DNA from: a virus
DNA length: 64,000 nt
Reading direction: 5' to 3' (one strand)
Virus record (IMG/VR): IMGVR_UViG_3300031673_000004
Span: 64,485-128,484 of that record
In this document: positions 20,627 to 29,540 of the stretch, piece by piece
How the letters are laid out: each line of letters starts with the position of its first letter
Numbering within the stretch: the first letter of the stretch is position 1
Notes under the pieces: model-generated
Database searches by the model: none
The model's input: only the letters and a program-made list of their open reading frames with translations
What the model was told of the DNA's origin: nothing
Translations under genes and position numbers: made by a program

Positions 20627-23600
20627 ATGGTAAAAAAAGCATCAATTATTGATTATCCACGCAGGGAACTGGATAAATCCATCTGGAAAATAGATGATGA
20701 GGAGCTAGCGTTACAACCAAATATTAAGGATGATATTGCCGATATAGTCGGGTCATTCCTGGATGACCTGGATCTCCCAGAGGAATCTATCATAGATGTT
20801 TTAATTTATGGGTCGATACTTACAAACCAGTACAATTCACAGACAGATGTAGATGCAAGGATCCTGTTAGACCCTAAGATAATCAGCCAATATTATCCAG
20901 GAATGACGGGAGATCAGCTATATGATGTAACCATGGATACTGTACATGGGGTATTACTGGGCAATACTAAGCATCCATTCAATGCAACGATTGTAGTCGA
21001 GGGTGAAAAGACTGAATTAGGCCAAGCCCCTTTAGGGATTAGTGATCGTGACCCGGTTTATAGTATCAAGAAAGAAAAAGTAATACACGAAGGTCTTGGA
21101 TATGATGAATCATTTGATCCCGATAAAGAGTTTACAAAAGAGCGTGTTGAAGTAACAGAAATAATGACAAAACTTGATAATCTTGTACAAGACGCAAAAA
21201 CGAAGGCAATTGATATAGAAGTCCTGGAAGACGCAGTTGGACAGGTATCTAACTCCGATCAGCTTATAAAAAAGATTGAAGAAAGACTAAAGAGTTTAAA
21301 TACTACCATTCAAAAGATGGTAAGTGAATATAACAGTATTAAAGAGGAACGTGGAAGGTCCTATAAAGAAGCTCCAGTGGACAATAGACATAAAGCTCCT
21401 GGGAATATACGTGAAAAATTCCTCGAAAAATATCGGTACATAGATATGTTGAAAAAACTCAAAAGATTATTTAAAGGTGGAATTGATACATCTGAGGTAG
21501 AAGATGTAGCTAAAACATTAAATATAGCTGGAAAAATGCAATGGGGCATAAAAATTCAAGCAGTAAATATTAATAAAAAAGATTTACACACTCTTTGGTA
21601 TGAAAATGAAGCAGGTGACAAATTCATTCCCGATTTGGAAGGTGCGATAGATGACCCACCTGAAGAGTTCGTTTATCAATTTTCACAATTTCCAAATGAA
21701 CTTACACTTAATATGCTATACCTTGTGGAATCCGATAAAGTAGAAAACTGCCAGCATCCTGAAGAAGCTATCAAAGCAACCTATGGCTGGATTGATGGAA
21801 TTGAAGGTCGTGAATGCACATTATGTAATGGGACACAAACAAAAAAAATAGATGAAGATTGGCCAAAAGAATGGGATGCTTATGGATCAAGAGATGTAGG
21901 ATGTGGGCATTCTTCTTGGTCCGAAGATTTAGTATTAGCCTTAGCAAATAGTAATGATTTTACATTGTCGGAAGCAATTCTAATTGCAGGAAATGCATGT
22001 TCACGTTGTATGAATGCACTTGCCTATGAATATGGATTAGATTGGGGTTACCCTGAATTTAGCGAGGAGTGGAAAAACACCAATACTGAATGTGACTTTT
22101 GCAAAGACACGAAAGACAAAAAACAAGCGGCCCTTCCATACAGACAACCTGGCCCACCTGAAACGTTAGAAGCACCTCCTACAATGCAGACAGGGCCTGC
22201 TGCACCTAGCTCTATTGATGTAGGACGTATTGACGAAGGTGGTATGCTCAATCAAGTACATGGCTCCACATGTCCTCACTGTGGGCACGTAAACCCCATG
22301 ACGGCTAATGAATCAGATGAAATAACCTGTGAAGGGTGTGGCAAGAAATTTGAAGCTAAAGATGGGTTTTCACTAGGTACAGGAGTAAGCACCCCTCCGC
22401 AAACTAATCCCTATGCTTATGAATCCGACTTTGCTCTTTATGGTCAGATAGATGATATAAAAACAGGACATTTACTTTCTGGAGTAACTATCATGAAAAA
22501 TTTGATTAGAAAATTGGATAAAATTAATGCTGACTCTACTGGAGGAACTGGTGGTGTTTTTGGTGAGCCCCCCGGTAAAAATCCAGGCGACGATCCCTAT
22601 TCTTCCGGTGGAGGTGCTTTAGCTGAATATGGAACAGAAGGTGAACCAGAAGAGGATAAGAAAAAAAAGAAAAAGAGAGAAATAGATGATGACATGATTT
22701 GGGAAATTGTTACGGTGCTAGATGGGATCGATATTGCCCCATTTCTAGAAGATGATGAATTACTAGAAGAACTATTAGCTGCTTTCCCATTATTTGGAGA
22801 AGCTAGCACAAAGATAGATAGAATTGTAGGCTTAGTAACAGAACCCCCAGAAGGGAGTGGGCAGTATAGCGCTCCCGTAAATCCTGATTATGACACCGAG
22901 CCCCACCAACGACCACGGAAAAGGAAGATTGGCCCACTGGAAGATGGTACCGGCAGGGGAAAAGGTCGTCCGAGCGGTCTACGTAGAAATAAGAATACAG
23001 AAGAATGCCCCGTGGGTGGTCCTGGAAAGGGTGACGGAGAAGGAAGAGGAAGAGGTAAATTTAGAAAAAAGATAGAGGAAACGGGGGAGGCTGTAGGCAT
23101 TGATTGGTTTGATTCATACCCAACGAAGTATAATGCTGCTGATAACGAAATGAAAGAGCTTATACTTGAATGGTTAGAAAGCAACCCAAATCCAGATGAC
23201 GATGATGTACATGCCCTTGCTGATGAAGTTGGTATGGAATCAGACGAATTGGAAGAAATAATTTATGAACTTGCAACAGATCACGCAGAAGAAGATGATA
23301 CTGAAGATGCACCAGATGCTGATAGCATGGAGGGGGTCGAAGAGTTAGATGTAGAAATGGCAGAAGCTATTGGTGAAGAAATTGGAATTGACTGGGAAGA
23401 TTCTCCATTTGATCCAGAACAATTTCTCATGGGCCTAAATGTAGAACTAGAACATGGAACTAAAAACCCCGAAACAAATGTAACAAATGATGATTTAATC
23501 GAAACAGCAAAAATAGCTTGGGCACATCTAAAAGAAATAGATGACTACTATGATCGTCTCAAACAAATGGAAGATGCCGCAAAGGAACATACAAAGGACA

Positions 23601-24235
23601 CACCAGATACCGGGGAATCAGAAGAAACAGACTCGGAAGAAACAGAATCAGATGAAACAGAATCAGGAGGAACTGTGGGCGGATTTAGTGATGGATTTCC
23701 TGGGAAAACTGCTGCGGCATATATGACACTGTGCCCAACCTGTAAGACAATCCAAAAGGCACCCATTGAGGGTGAAGGAATTCAATGCCCTTTTTGCAGT
23801 AGGGGGTGGCTAGATTCGTTAGAAAATAGTGATCCAGCTAAATATGCAGAATATAAAGAACAGAATAAGTATAATTTAGTGGAATTACAGGAGCAAACGC
23901 AGCAACAACGCGGGATGCCCCACATGGGAACACGACTAGACAAAAAAGTAGCCCAACAAATCAATCAAGAATTAAGCAATACTGGCTTAGATGGAAACAC
24001 TTCATTCCACCAAGCACATATGGGATATCATGCCGCCCTAGAAATACTAGAAACATATGGCTTAAAACCAGTTACAGGTATTGATGATTATCCCCTAATT
24101 GCCGATAATGAAGGACAGCGTTTTTTAGATTTAGAATACAATGGTGAAAGGCTTGAGAACATGAAGCTTACATTCAGTTGGTATAAACATACTCACACAG
24201 GAAATTATGAATGTATCGCACATTTAAATTACTAA
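20627..24235 (+). CDS. 1202-aa multidomain protein: Pol-beta nucleotidyltransferase, Cys-rich domains, Zn ribbons, DUF5661-like domain
   Basis: IYGSILTNQY..TDVDARI (GS..DxD); CPHCG..CEGCG; MGLNVELEH..AKIAWAHLKE.DDYYDRL; CPTC..CPFC. Confidence 0.75.
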   Translation: MVKKASIIDYPRRELDKSIWKIDDEELALQPNIKDDIADIVGSFLDDLDLPEESIIDVLIYGSILTNQYNSQTDVDARILLDPKIISQYYPGMTGDQLYDVTMDTVHGVLLGNTKHPFNATIVVEGEKTELGQAPLGISDRDPVYSIKKEKVIHEGLGYDESFDPDKEFTKERVEVTEIMTKLDNLVQDAKTKAIDIEVLEDAVGQVSNSDQLIKKIEERLKSLNTTIQKMVSEYNSIKEERGRSYKEAPVDNRHKAPGNIREKFLEKYRYIDMLKKLKRLFKGGIDTSEVEDVAKTLNIAGKMQWGIKIQAVNINKKDLHTLWYENEAGDKFIPDLEGAIDDPPEEFVYQFSQFPNELTLNMLYLVESDKVENCQHPEEAIKATYGWIDGIEGRECTLCNGTQTKKIDEDWPKEWDAYGSRDVGCGHSSWSEDLVLALANSNDFTLSEAILIAGNACSRCMNALAYEYGLDWGYPEFSEEWKNTNTECDFCKDTKDKKQAALPYRQPGPPETLEAPPTMQTGPAAPSSIDVGRIDEGGMLNQVHGSTCPHCGHVNPMTANESDEITCEGCGKKFEAKDGFSLGTGVSTPPQTNPYAYESDFALYGQIDDIKTGHLLSGVTIMKNLIRKLDKINADSTGGTGGVFGEPPGKNPGDDPYSSGGGALAEYGTEGEPEEDKKKKKKREIDDDMIWEIVTVLDGIDIAPFLEDDELLEELLAAFPLFGEASTKIDRIVGLVTEPPEGSGQYSAPVNPDYDTEPHQRPRKRKIGPLEDGTGRGKGRPSGLRRNKNTEECPVGGPGKGDGEGRGRGKFRKKIEETGEAVGIDWFDSYPTKYNAADNEMKELILEWLESNPNPDDDDVHALADEVGMESDELEEIIYELATDHAEEDDTEDAPDADSMEGVEELDVEMAEAIGEEIGIDWEDSPFDPEQFLMGLNVELEHGTKNPETNVTNDDLIETAKIAWAHLKEIDDYYDRLKQMEDAAKEHTKDTPDTGESEETDSEETESDETESGGTVGGFSDGFPGKTAAAYMTLCPTCKTIQKAPIEGEGIQCPFCSRGWLDSLENSDPAKYAEYKEQNKYNLVELQEQTQQQRGMPHMGTRLDKKVAQQINQELSNTGLDGNTSFHQAHMGYHAALEILETYGLKPVTGIDDYPLIADNEGQRFLDLEYNGERLENMKLTFSWYKHTHTGNYECIAHLNY

Positions 24236-24711
24236 ACAAATTCAAATTGTATTCTTCATACGTAATAAAGCATAAGTGGTACGTCTTTTTAGAGTGCTAC
24301 AAGTTAGGTATTCCTCGCCAGGGAATTACCCATGATTTAAGTAAGCTAATTCCAGATGAGTTCTTTCCCTACGCGAGTCACTTTTATGGATATAATAAAA
24401 GAATTGAAAGCAAGTCTGGATACTTCAAAAAAGTAGATTCAGGTGATAAAGCTTTTGATGCAGCATGGTTCAAACACATAAAGAGAAATAAGCACCACTG
24501 GCAATATTGGCTTTTAGCTGATGAAAACGGAAAAATAAAATCAGTAGAAATGCCAATCAGATTTAGAAAAGAAATGGTAGCAGATTGGAAAGGTGCAGCT
24601 AAAGCCCAGGGCAATCCTAGCGTATTTGCCTGGTATGATAAATATAAACATAAAATGCATTTAGGTGCTGAAACGCAACGATGGATTGAAAAGGAATTGA
24701 ACAAAATATGA
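24211..24711 (+). CDS. HD-superfamily protein (DUF5662-like)
   Basis: HKWYV, HDLSK, AWFKH..RNKHHWQYW, EMVADW; start uncertain. Confidence 0.75.
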   Translation: MYRTFKLLNKFKLYSSYVIKHKWYVFLECYKLGIPRQGITHDLSKLIPDEFFPYASHFYGYNKRIESKSGYFKKVDSGDKAFDAAWFKHIKRNKHHWQYWLLADENGKIKSVEMPIRFRKEMVADWKGAAKAQGNPSVFAWYDKYKHKMHLGAETQRWIEKELNKI

Positions 24712-24974
24712 TAAATAAAATAGAAGAGCTTAGAGCGCTTGCTAAGGAAGCATCAATTATAGCTAGAAGTAAATTCGATGAACCCGTTATACATTTAATG
24801 TGGATGACCGATGGTAAGATAGTCCTCACTCTATACTCCCCGAGTTTACATCTAAACAATGGAAAAAATAACCATGAGTATGTCAGTAAGTCAGTTAATG
24901 GGCTTCTGGACAAAATTGATACTATAATTAATGATGTAAAATCAGAGCTTTACGAAAAAAATAACAATTCATAA
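24708..24974 (+). CDS. Hypothetical protein
   Basis: ATGA overlap with the upstream stop. Confidence 0.6.
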   Translation: MINKIEELRALAKEASIIARSKFDEPVIHLMWMTDGKIVLTLYSPSLHLNNGKNNHEYVSKSVNGLLDKIDTIINDVKSELYEKNNNS

Positions 24975-24983
24975 AAAAAATAG

Positions 24984-25012
24984 TTGACAAAACTAAATTT
25001 AATGCAGATAAT
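24984..25012 (+). promoter_or_regulatory. Sigma70-type promoter TTGACA-N17-GATAAT
   Basis: Consensus match upstream of the 25048 ORF. Confidence 0.7.
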
Positions 25013-25047
25013 CTCCGTGTAACGTGGTAAACACATGGAGAGGGTTA

Positions 25048-25485
25048 ATGGACAAGTTTGCAGAAAAATATGTGACGTATCGGACATTCCGTTCCAAGGA
25101 TAACCTGACAAATGGGACATTCATTTATGATATGCGTGGGGCAATCACAGCTTGCTGTGAAGTTGATTCCGAATCCAAGCAAATCAAAGTTGGGTTTTCA
25201 TTTCTGAATCCAACTGATTCGCAATTCTTGGTTCGTGGAAAAGGATTGGCAAAAAAGAAGTTACTGAGTGATCCAATTCTTTTGGAAAATGTGGGAATCA
25301 ATGAAAAAGGAAAGCTGAAAGTAACAGATGCCGTTTTTCAGTATTTGGTACATTTGACTGGATTACGCATGAAAGAATTGACAGAGAAACTAAAGATTAA
25401 AGAGTACCATGGAGACTTTACAAAATGTAACTTCATGGCTTGGTTTCCAAATTTTCTTGATTATTTGCAGTATGGCAATACATAA
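25048..25485 (+). CDS. Hypothetical protein
   Basis: GGAGAGG RBS before the ATG at 25048. Confidence 0.7.
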   Translation: MDKFAEKYVTYRTFRSKDNLTNGTFIYDMRGAITACCEVDSESKQIKVGFSFLNPTDSQFLVRGKGLAKKKLLSDPILLENVGINEKGKLKVTDAVFQYLVHLTGLRMKELTEKLKIKEYHGDFTKCNFMAWFPNFLDYLQYGNT

Positions 25486-25575
25486 TCGGTTCTTTGAAAA
25501 ATGTTTAGTGACCCGTGAATCTGATCGTTATGGTTTCCCCCCCGCTGTAACATTAGAAACACGGGTCACATCTTT

Positions 25576-25649
25576 CGGCGCGTAGCTCAGTTTGGAAGAG
25601 CCCTCGCTCGATAAGCGAGAAGTCGTTGGTTCGAGTCCAACCGGGCCGA
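25576..25649 (+). tRNA. tRNA-Ile(GAT), C33 variant
   Basis: Cloverleaf; anticodon stem CTCGC/GCGAG, loop TC-GAT-AA; T loop TTCGAGT. Confidence 0.85.
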
Positions 25650-25656
25650 TAATTGA

Positions 25657-25731
25657 TGCGGGTTAGCGCAGCCTGGTTAGCGTGTCTGGCTCATAACCAG
25701 AAAGTCGCTGGTTCAAATCCAGCACCCGCAA
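25657..25731 (+). tRNA. tRNA-Met(CAT)
   Basis: Cloverleaf; TCTGG CT-CAT-AA CCAGA. Confidence 0.9.
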
Positions 25732-25779
25732 TATAGAGTAAACAACTTAGTATAATCATAAGTAGCAATGTTCTTTGAC

Positions 25780-26292
25780 AACCGGGTGAAGTTCAGTAAC
25801 GATGAAAATCCTGTGTTAGGAGTGGTTTTATCCACTTCTATCCTGGTTGAAAAAGCTGCACAAGGCGCGTTGCGGCTTGTGCTGGAGATGCTTCGCACCT
25901 CCTTCAGCGTTCCTGGAGGAATCCAGGGCTTGCACCCCAAGAGCAAGTAAGTAAACCGGCTATATTGGGTAACCGGAGGCTAAGATGTGGTAGGTGGAAA
26001 GCCCCACGCCCATTGATAACGATGGATGCGATGCGAACCACATCATTTTCCTCCAAGTAGCAAAGAGCCGTGGAGGATGTAGGTAAATAAGTTCTCGGCT
26101 AATTAATAGAGGTTTACTGGAAAGTACGCTTATTTGTACCTACCAAATTACGTCTTTTTGGTGCCTCGTGTAATTTTACTCTCCCAACACTTGGGACTGC
26201 GTTAGGTGTGCATACCTACCCAGGTCAAGGGATATTTTATCCTGGCTAAACGTGGTCTACTAGCGGGACGCTGCTAGGATGAGCCGGGCGTT
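25780..26292 (+). ncRNA. Large, highly structured RNA (~500 nt), GOLLD-like
   Basis: No convincing ORF; more than 10 hairpins (e.g. GCACAAG/CTTGTGC, CCTGGA-GGAA-TCCAGG, GATGTGGT/ACCACATC, CTAGCGG/CTGCTAG); between tRNA genes, downstream of TAGTATAAT; family assignment unverified. Confidence 0.6.
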
Positions 26293-26300
26293 TTTAATAA

Positions 26301-26375
26301 CGGGACATAGCGCAGTCTGGGCAGCGCAGGGCGTTTGGGGCGCTCAGGTCAGAGGTTCGAATCCTCTTGTCCCGA
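26301..26375 (+). tRNA. tRNA-Pro(TGG)
   Basis: Cloverleaf; GGGCG TT-TGG-GG CGCTC. Confidence 0.9.
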
Positions 26376-26438
26376 TTTTTTAGGGCCATAGGGCTCATTA
26401 ACTTGCTTCCACAGGATTATGAAAGATAAAATATTAGT

Positions 26439-26644
26439 TTGGGCATAGAAGGTTCCTAAAAACTTTTTATTGGAAAAAATTACCTTCCGCCCAATACACT
26501 TGTGTGGCATAGAAAGTTCCTAAAAAACTTTTAAAAGACTTACTTTCCGCCACATATTAACTTTATAGGCATAGGAAGTTCCTAAAATAGCCAAACTGGG
26601 TACTGGCCAATGGCCAGCCCAGCCTCTATTACTTCCCGCCTATA
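26439..26644 (+). repeat. Three tandem structured repeats GGC-ATA-GRARGT-TCCTAAAA...TT-ACYTYC-C-GCC
   Basis: Units 26439-26494, 26501-26556, 26564-26644 with compensatory stem changes. Confidence 0.9.
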
Positions 26645-26659
26645 TTTGTGAGGGACACT

Positions 26660-28537
26660 ATGAAAGCATACGTGAATCTGTTCAAAGCATTGCCTGTAGG
26701 AAAGCGCACTAAGTCCTTCTCAACAAAGTACTTGGACAAGGGCGTGCTGGTCGAGGATTCTGTAATTGAGGCACACGGAACTGCCAAAGTTGCTAAACTG
26801 GTTCGAAGTCTCGTTCCTACAGATTCCCAGATGAACAAGACCTTCCACAAATCATGGAAGAAAGTCAGGGACGCATCTATTGAGCAGCTAGTTATAGAGC
26901 AGATCATTCACTATTTTACAACCTACAGCTTTGAAGCATTGGGCTTCTACAGTAAAGAGACTGTTTACATCCCGAATGAAAAGTTGGAGCTAGAAGCGAA
27001 AGGCGGCATCACTTTTTATGTTCTGCGTGGCATCACACGGGATGAACTGATTGATGTGGTACACAAGCTCATTTCTTCAGGGATTGCCCTATCTGACCAA
27101 GATCTTACTGATTTGGTCAAAGTCATTAAGGATCAAAAATTAAAAATTGATCCAGCTAAATCAAGCAATAGGGAGATGGCTGTCAGGTTGTACAACTTGC
27201 TTGATATTACTCCCAAAGACCCAGTTGAATACTTGCGAATGAAAGTATACGGTGCAACTGAAAGTACGCTGCTAATTAAGAACAAGGAAGCTATTGAAGC
27301 TATTTCTAGTTCTTATAGTTCTGCGCTTGGGAAAAAAATCAATGCGTTCAGCGAATACAAGAAAAAGTTTGGGCTTGAGGGTTTAGCGTCCATTTTCTAC
27401 AGGTTCAAGCCGTTGTTCTTGGCATTCAAAAATAAGAAATCAGCAGCGACAGTAAATAGTATTCGGCGGCTAGCAGTAAAGTATCACCAGCCCATGCCAG
27501 AAGATTACATTGCTTCAGTCACCAAGCATTTGCGCAACGGCACATTCAGTGCAGCCAAGCTCAATAAGAGCCTTACTAAAGCAAATATATTCAGAAAGGT
27601 ACGGCTCGCACAAGCACTGCGTCTCTATGATAACCAGGATGCATCTGGTATCGTGTACTCTATTCGCAATGGTAAATCATTTGCCGGTACTATCAATCCA
27701 CTTGGTAAGAGCGTCAAAAGATCACTATCAGTAGTAATGGATAGTTTGGGCGCAGACCTTTCCCATGTAAAAGGAAAGAAAATCTTTATGGATGCAGGGT
27801 TGGTTGTTCCTACATCAGGCAAGATGTTCATGGGTGATGTACCATTTGGGTCGTATTTTTCTACTGATGATTCACTAGTGCTAGGAGTATCTTGGCGAGA
27901 TCTAGAAGATGTCCGTGTTGATCTGGATCTTTCTATTATCTCAGTGGATGGAAAGATCGGTTGGGATGGTTATTACAGAGATCCAAGCTGCCTCTTTTCA
28001 GGAGATATTACAGCGGCCCCCAAGGGAGCTACTGAAGCACATTTGATTCGTGCCGATTCGGAGGATGGGATTTATCTCCTTAACTTGAATTACTATAACG
28101 CTAATTACTATAACGCTGATATTAATGGAGGAATAGTCCCATTCACTCTGTTCGTAACCGAGGAGAAAGGATTCGAGCGTATTGAACGGCGCGCTGTAAT
28201 GTCTCAGGATAATATGGTATTCTGGGCTGACTCTAGCATAGACAGCAAGTACAACCAGAAGACTATCGGTGTTTTGAAAATCAAGGATGGTACCAAAACA
28301 TTCCATGCCTTCGAGTTCAAGACTGGTAAAAGTATCACTTCCCGAAACAATGAAAAAAGTATGAACACGATTAGCTACTATGACAAATATCTGGATTCTC
28401 TTCTTGACTTGGAAACACTCGTAGAATGGGCAGGGGCTAAAATAGTAGATACTCCTGAGAAAGCAGATATTGATTTATCTATGAAATCGCTTACAAAGAG
28501 CACACTGATTGATCTTCTGGTAGCTGATACCAAATAA
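26660..28537 (+). CDS. Helical (ROT/TROVE-like) protein with C-terminal TerD-like domain
   Basis: C-terminal SW....VDLDLS....IGWDG.Y...FSGDITAAP.GATE; helical N-terminus with FYRFKPLFLAFK; GAGGGA RBS; TROVE-like assignment inferred from the known Prok-RING_4-type architecture. Confidence 0.6.
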   Translation: MKAYVNLFKALPVGKRTKSFSTKYLDKGVLVEDSVIEAHGTAKVAKLVRSLVPTDSQMNKTFHKSWKKVRDASIEQLVIEQIIHYFTTYSFEALGFYSKETVYIPNEKLELEAKGGITFYVLRGITRDELIDVVHKLISSGIALSDQDLTDLVKVIKDQKLKIDPAKSSNREMAVRLYNLLDITPKDPVEYLRMKVYGATESTLLIKNKEAIEAISSSYSSALGKKINAFSEYKKKFGLEGLASIFYRFKPLFLAFKNKKSAATVNSIRRLAVKYHQPMPEDYIASVTKHLRNGTFSAAKLNKSLTKANIFRKVRLAQALRLYDNQDASGIVYSIRNGKSFAGTINPLGKSVKRSLSVVMDSLGADLSHVKGKKIFMDAGLVVPTSGKMFMGDVPFGSYFSTDDSLVLGVSWRDLEDVRVDLDLSIISVDGKIGWDGYYRDPSCLFSGDITAAPKGATEAHLIRADSEDGIYLLNLNYYNANYYNADINGGIVPFTLFVTEEKGFERIERRAVMSQDNMVFWADSSIDSKYNQKTIGVLKIKDGTKTFHAFEFKTGKSITSRNNEKSMNTISYYDKYLDSLLDLETLVEWAGAKIVDTPEKADIDLSMKSLTKSTLIDLLVADTK

Positions 28538-28726
28538 CGACTCTTGGAGGGCATACTATGGCCCCTGACAGCCAAAAGCTTGATCGGGTCTTCGGAGCAC
28601 GCTCCAAACCGCCTACGCAAGCCCGGTAGGACTAAGACGGTTAGGAAGCTTCTGGAGTATAGCGAATTCTTGCTTGGGGAAATACTATATTCTGGATCTT
28701 TTTAGGGCTTATTTTTGGAGGATATA

Positions 28727-29002
28727 ATGAAACTAAAAAATATTATCTTAGGTCTTATAGAACAACTTCCCATTAAAAGAGCGTTCATAAATTTCTTCGT
28801 AACAAAAAATGCCTGGGGAATGTTTCATAAAAATTCACATCTAAGTACTAAAAGCGGTAAACATAAAATTGAATATGGATCAAAGGAATCCGCAAGGAGA
28901 GCTGCAGACAATATGCAAAAGAAGTATGGGAACTATTACAGTGTTTACAAATGTATATTCTGTGATGGTTACCATATTGGTAAAAACAGGGACAATAAAT
29001 AG
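28727..29002 (+). CDS. Small protein with Zn ribbon
   Basis: GGAGG RBS; YKCIFCDGYHIG. Confidence 0.7.
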   Translation: MKLKNIILGLIEQLPIKRAFINFFVTKNAWGMFHKNSHLSTKSGKHKIEYGSKESARRAADNMQKKYGNYYSVYKCIFCDGYHIGKNRDNK

Positions 29003-29104
29003 TTTTAAATTGCAGCGCATTAAAGATAGGCCAGAGGGTAGGTCTTGAGGGTACTCACAGTAGTCAACCATAGAGATGGTTTTGGTAACGCCCACCCCGA
29101 ATTT

Positions 29105-29177
29105 GGGCACGTAGCTCTAACGGGAGAGCAGAAGCCCTGCAAGCTTACGGTTGCCAGTTCGAATCTGGCCGTGTCCA
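29105..29177 (+). tRNA. tRNA-Ala(TGC), C33 variant
   Basis: G3:U70 pair; loop CC-TGC-AA. Confidence 0.85.
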
Positions 29178-29183
29178 TGTTTT

Positions 29184-29256
29184 GCCCAGGTAGCCGAATG
29201 GAATAGGCGGCAGTCTTAGGAACTGCAATTTGGGGGTTCGAATCCCTTCCTGGGTA
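29184..29256 (+). tRNA. tRNA-Leu(TAG), short variable loop
   Basis: GCAGT CT-TAG-GA ACTGC. Confidence 0.85.
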
Positions 29257-29385
29257 TCTCATTATTATTTGGGGCTAAACCGTAAGGTTGAATGGTACAG
29301 GTAAGTTGGATAACCAATGGCATCCGGGCGTTCAAGGTTACCACGGCCTTCTATCCGGTGTTCCAACCTGGCCAAGCCCTATTTT

Positions 29386-29469
29386 GGAAGCTAAACTTGT
29401 CGTGGGATAAGTCCCGGTTGCTACCCGGAGTGTGGGCAAAACCATGTGGTTCGACTCCACTAGAGGCCA
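29386..29469 (+). tRNA. Atypical/degenerate tRNA-Ser(GCT)
   Basis: CCGG TT-GCT-AC CCGG, long variable arm, GTGG-TTCGACT-CCAC; mismatched acceptor stem, 7-bp D stem. Confidence 0.5.
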
Positions 29470-29540
29470 TATATATAACAGACAGATAGTAATGTCAAGT
29501 AACTATTCAAGAGTTCAATCCCCTCACCACATATTTTTTT

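Noticed and set aside
17966-23540. Shared WAHLKE / TGGGCACATCT-AAAGAAAT between two ORFs
   Set aside because: A short match in otherwise unrelated domain contexts; probably coincidental.
26439-26644. Mini CRISPR array
   Set aside because: The repeats are the two arms of hairpins with covarying sequence and variable length, not identical direct repeats with unique spacers; no cas genes are present.
28572-28655. Twister ribozyme (CAAGCCCGG resemblance)
   Set aside because: It lacks the UAA cleavage-site loop and the twister pseudoknot pattern; kept only as an unassigned structure.
29105-29177. tRNA-Cys(GCA) reading of CTGCAA
   Set aside because: Stem register and G3:U70 indicate Ala(TGC); a proper Cys tRNA exists at 31245.
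29271-29469. tmRNA (5' GGGGCT, 3' T arm)
   Set aside because: The termini do not form an acceptor stem, the span is too short, there is no tag ORF, and the T arm belongs to the Ser-like tRNA.
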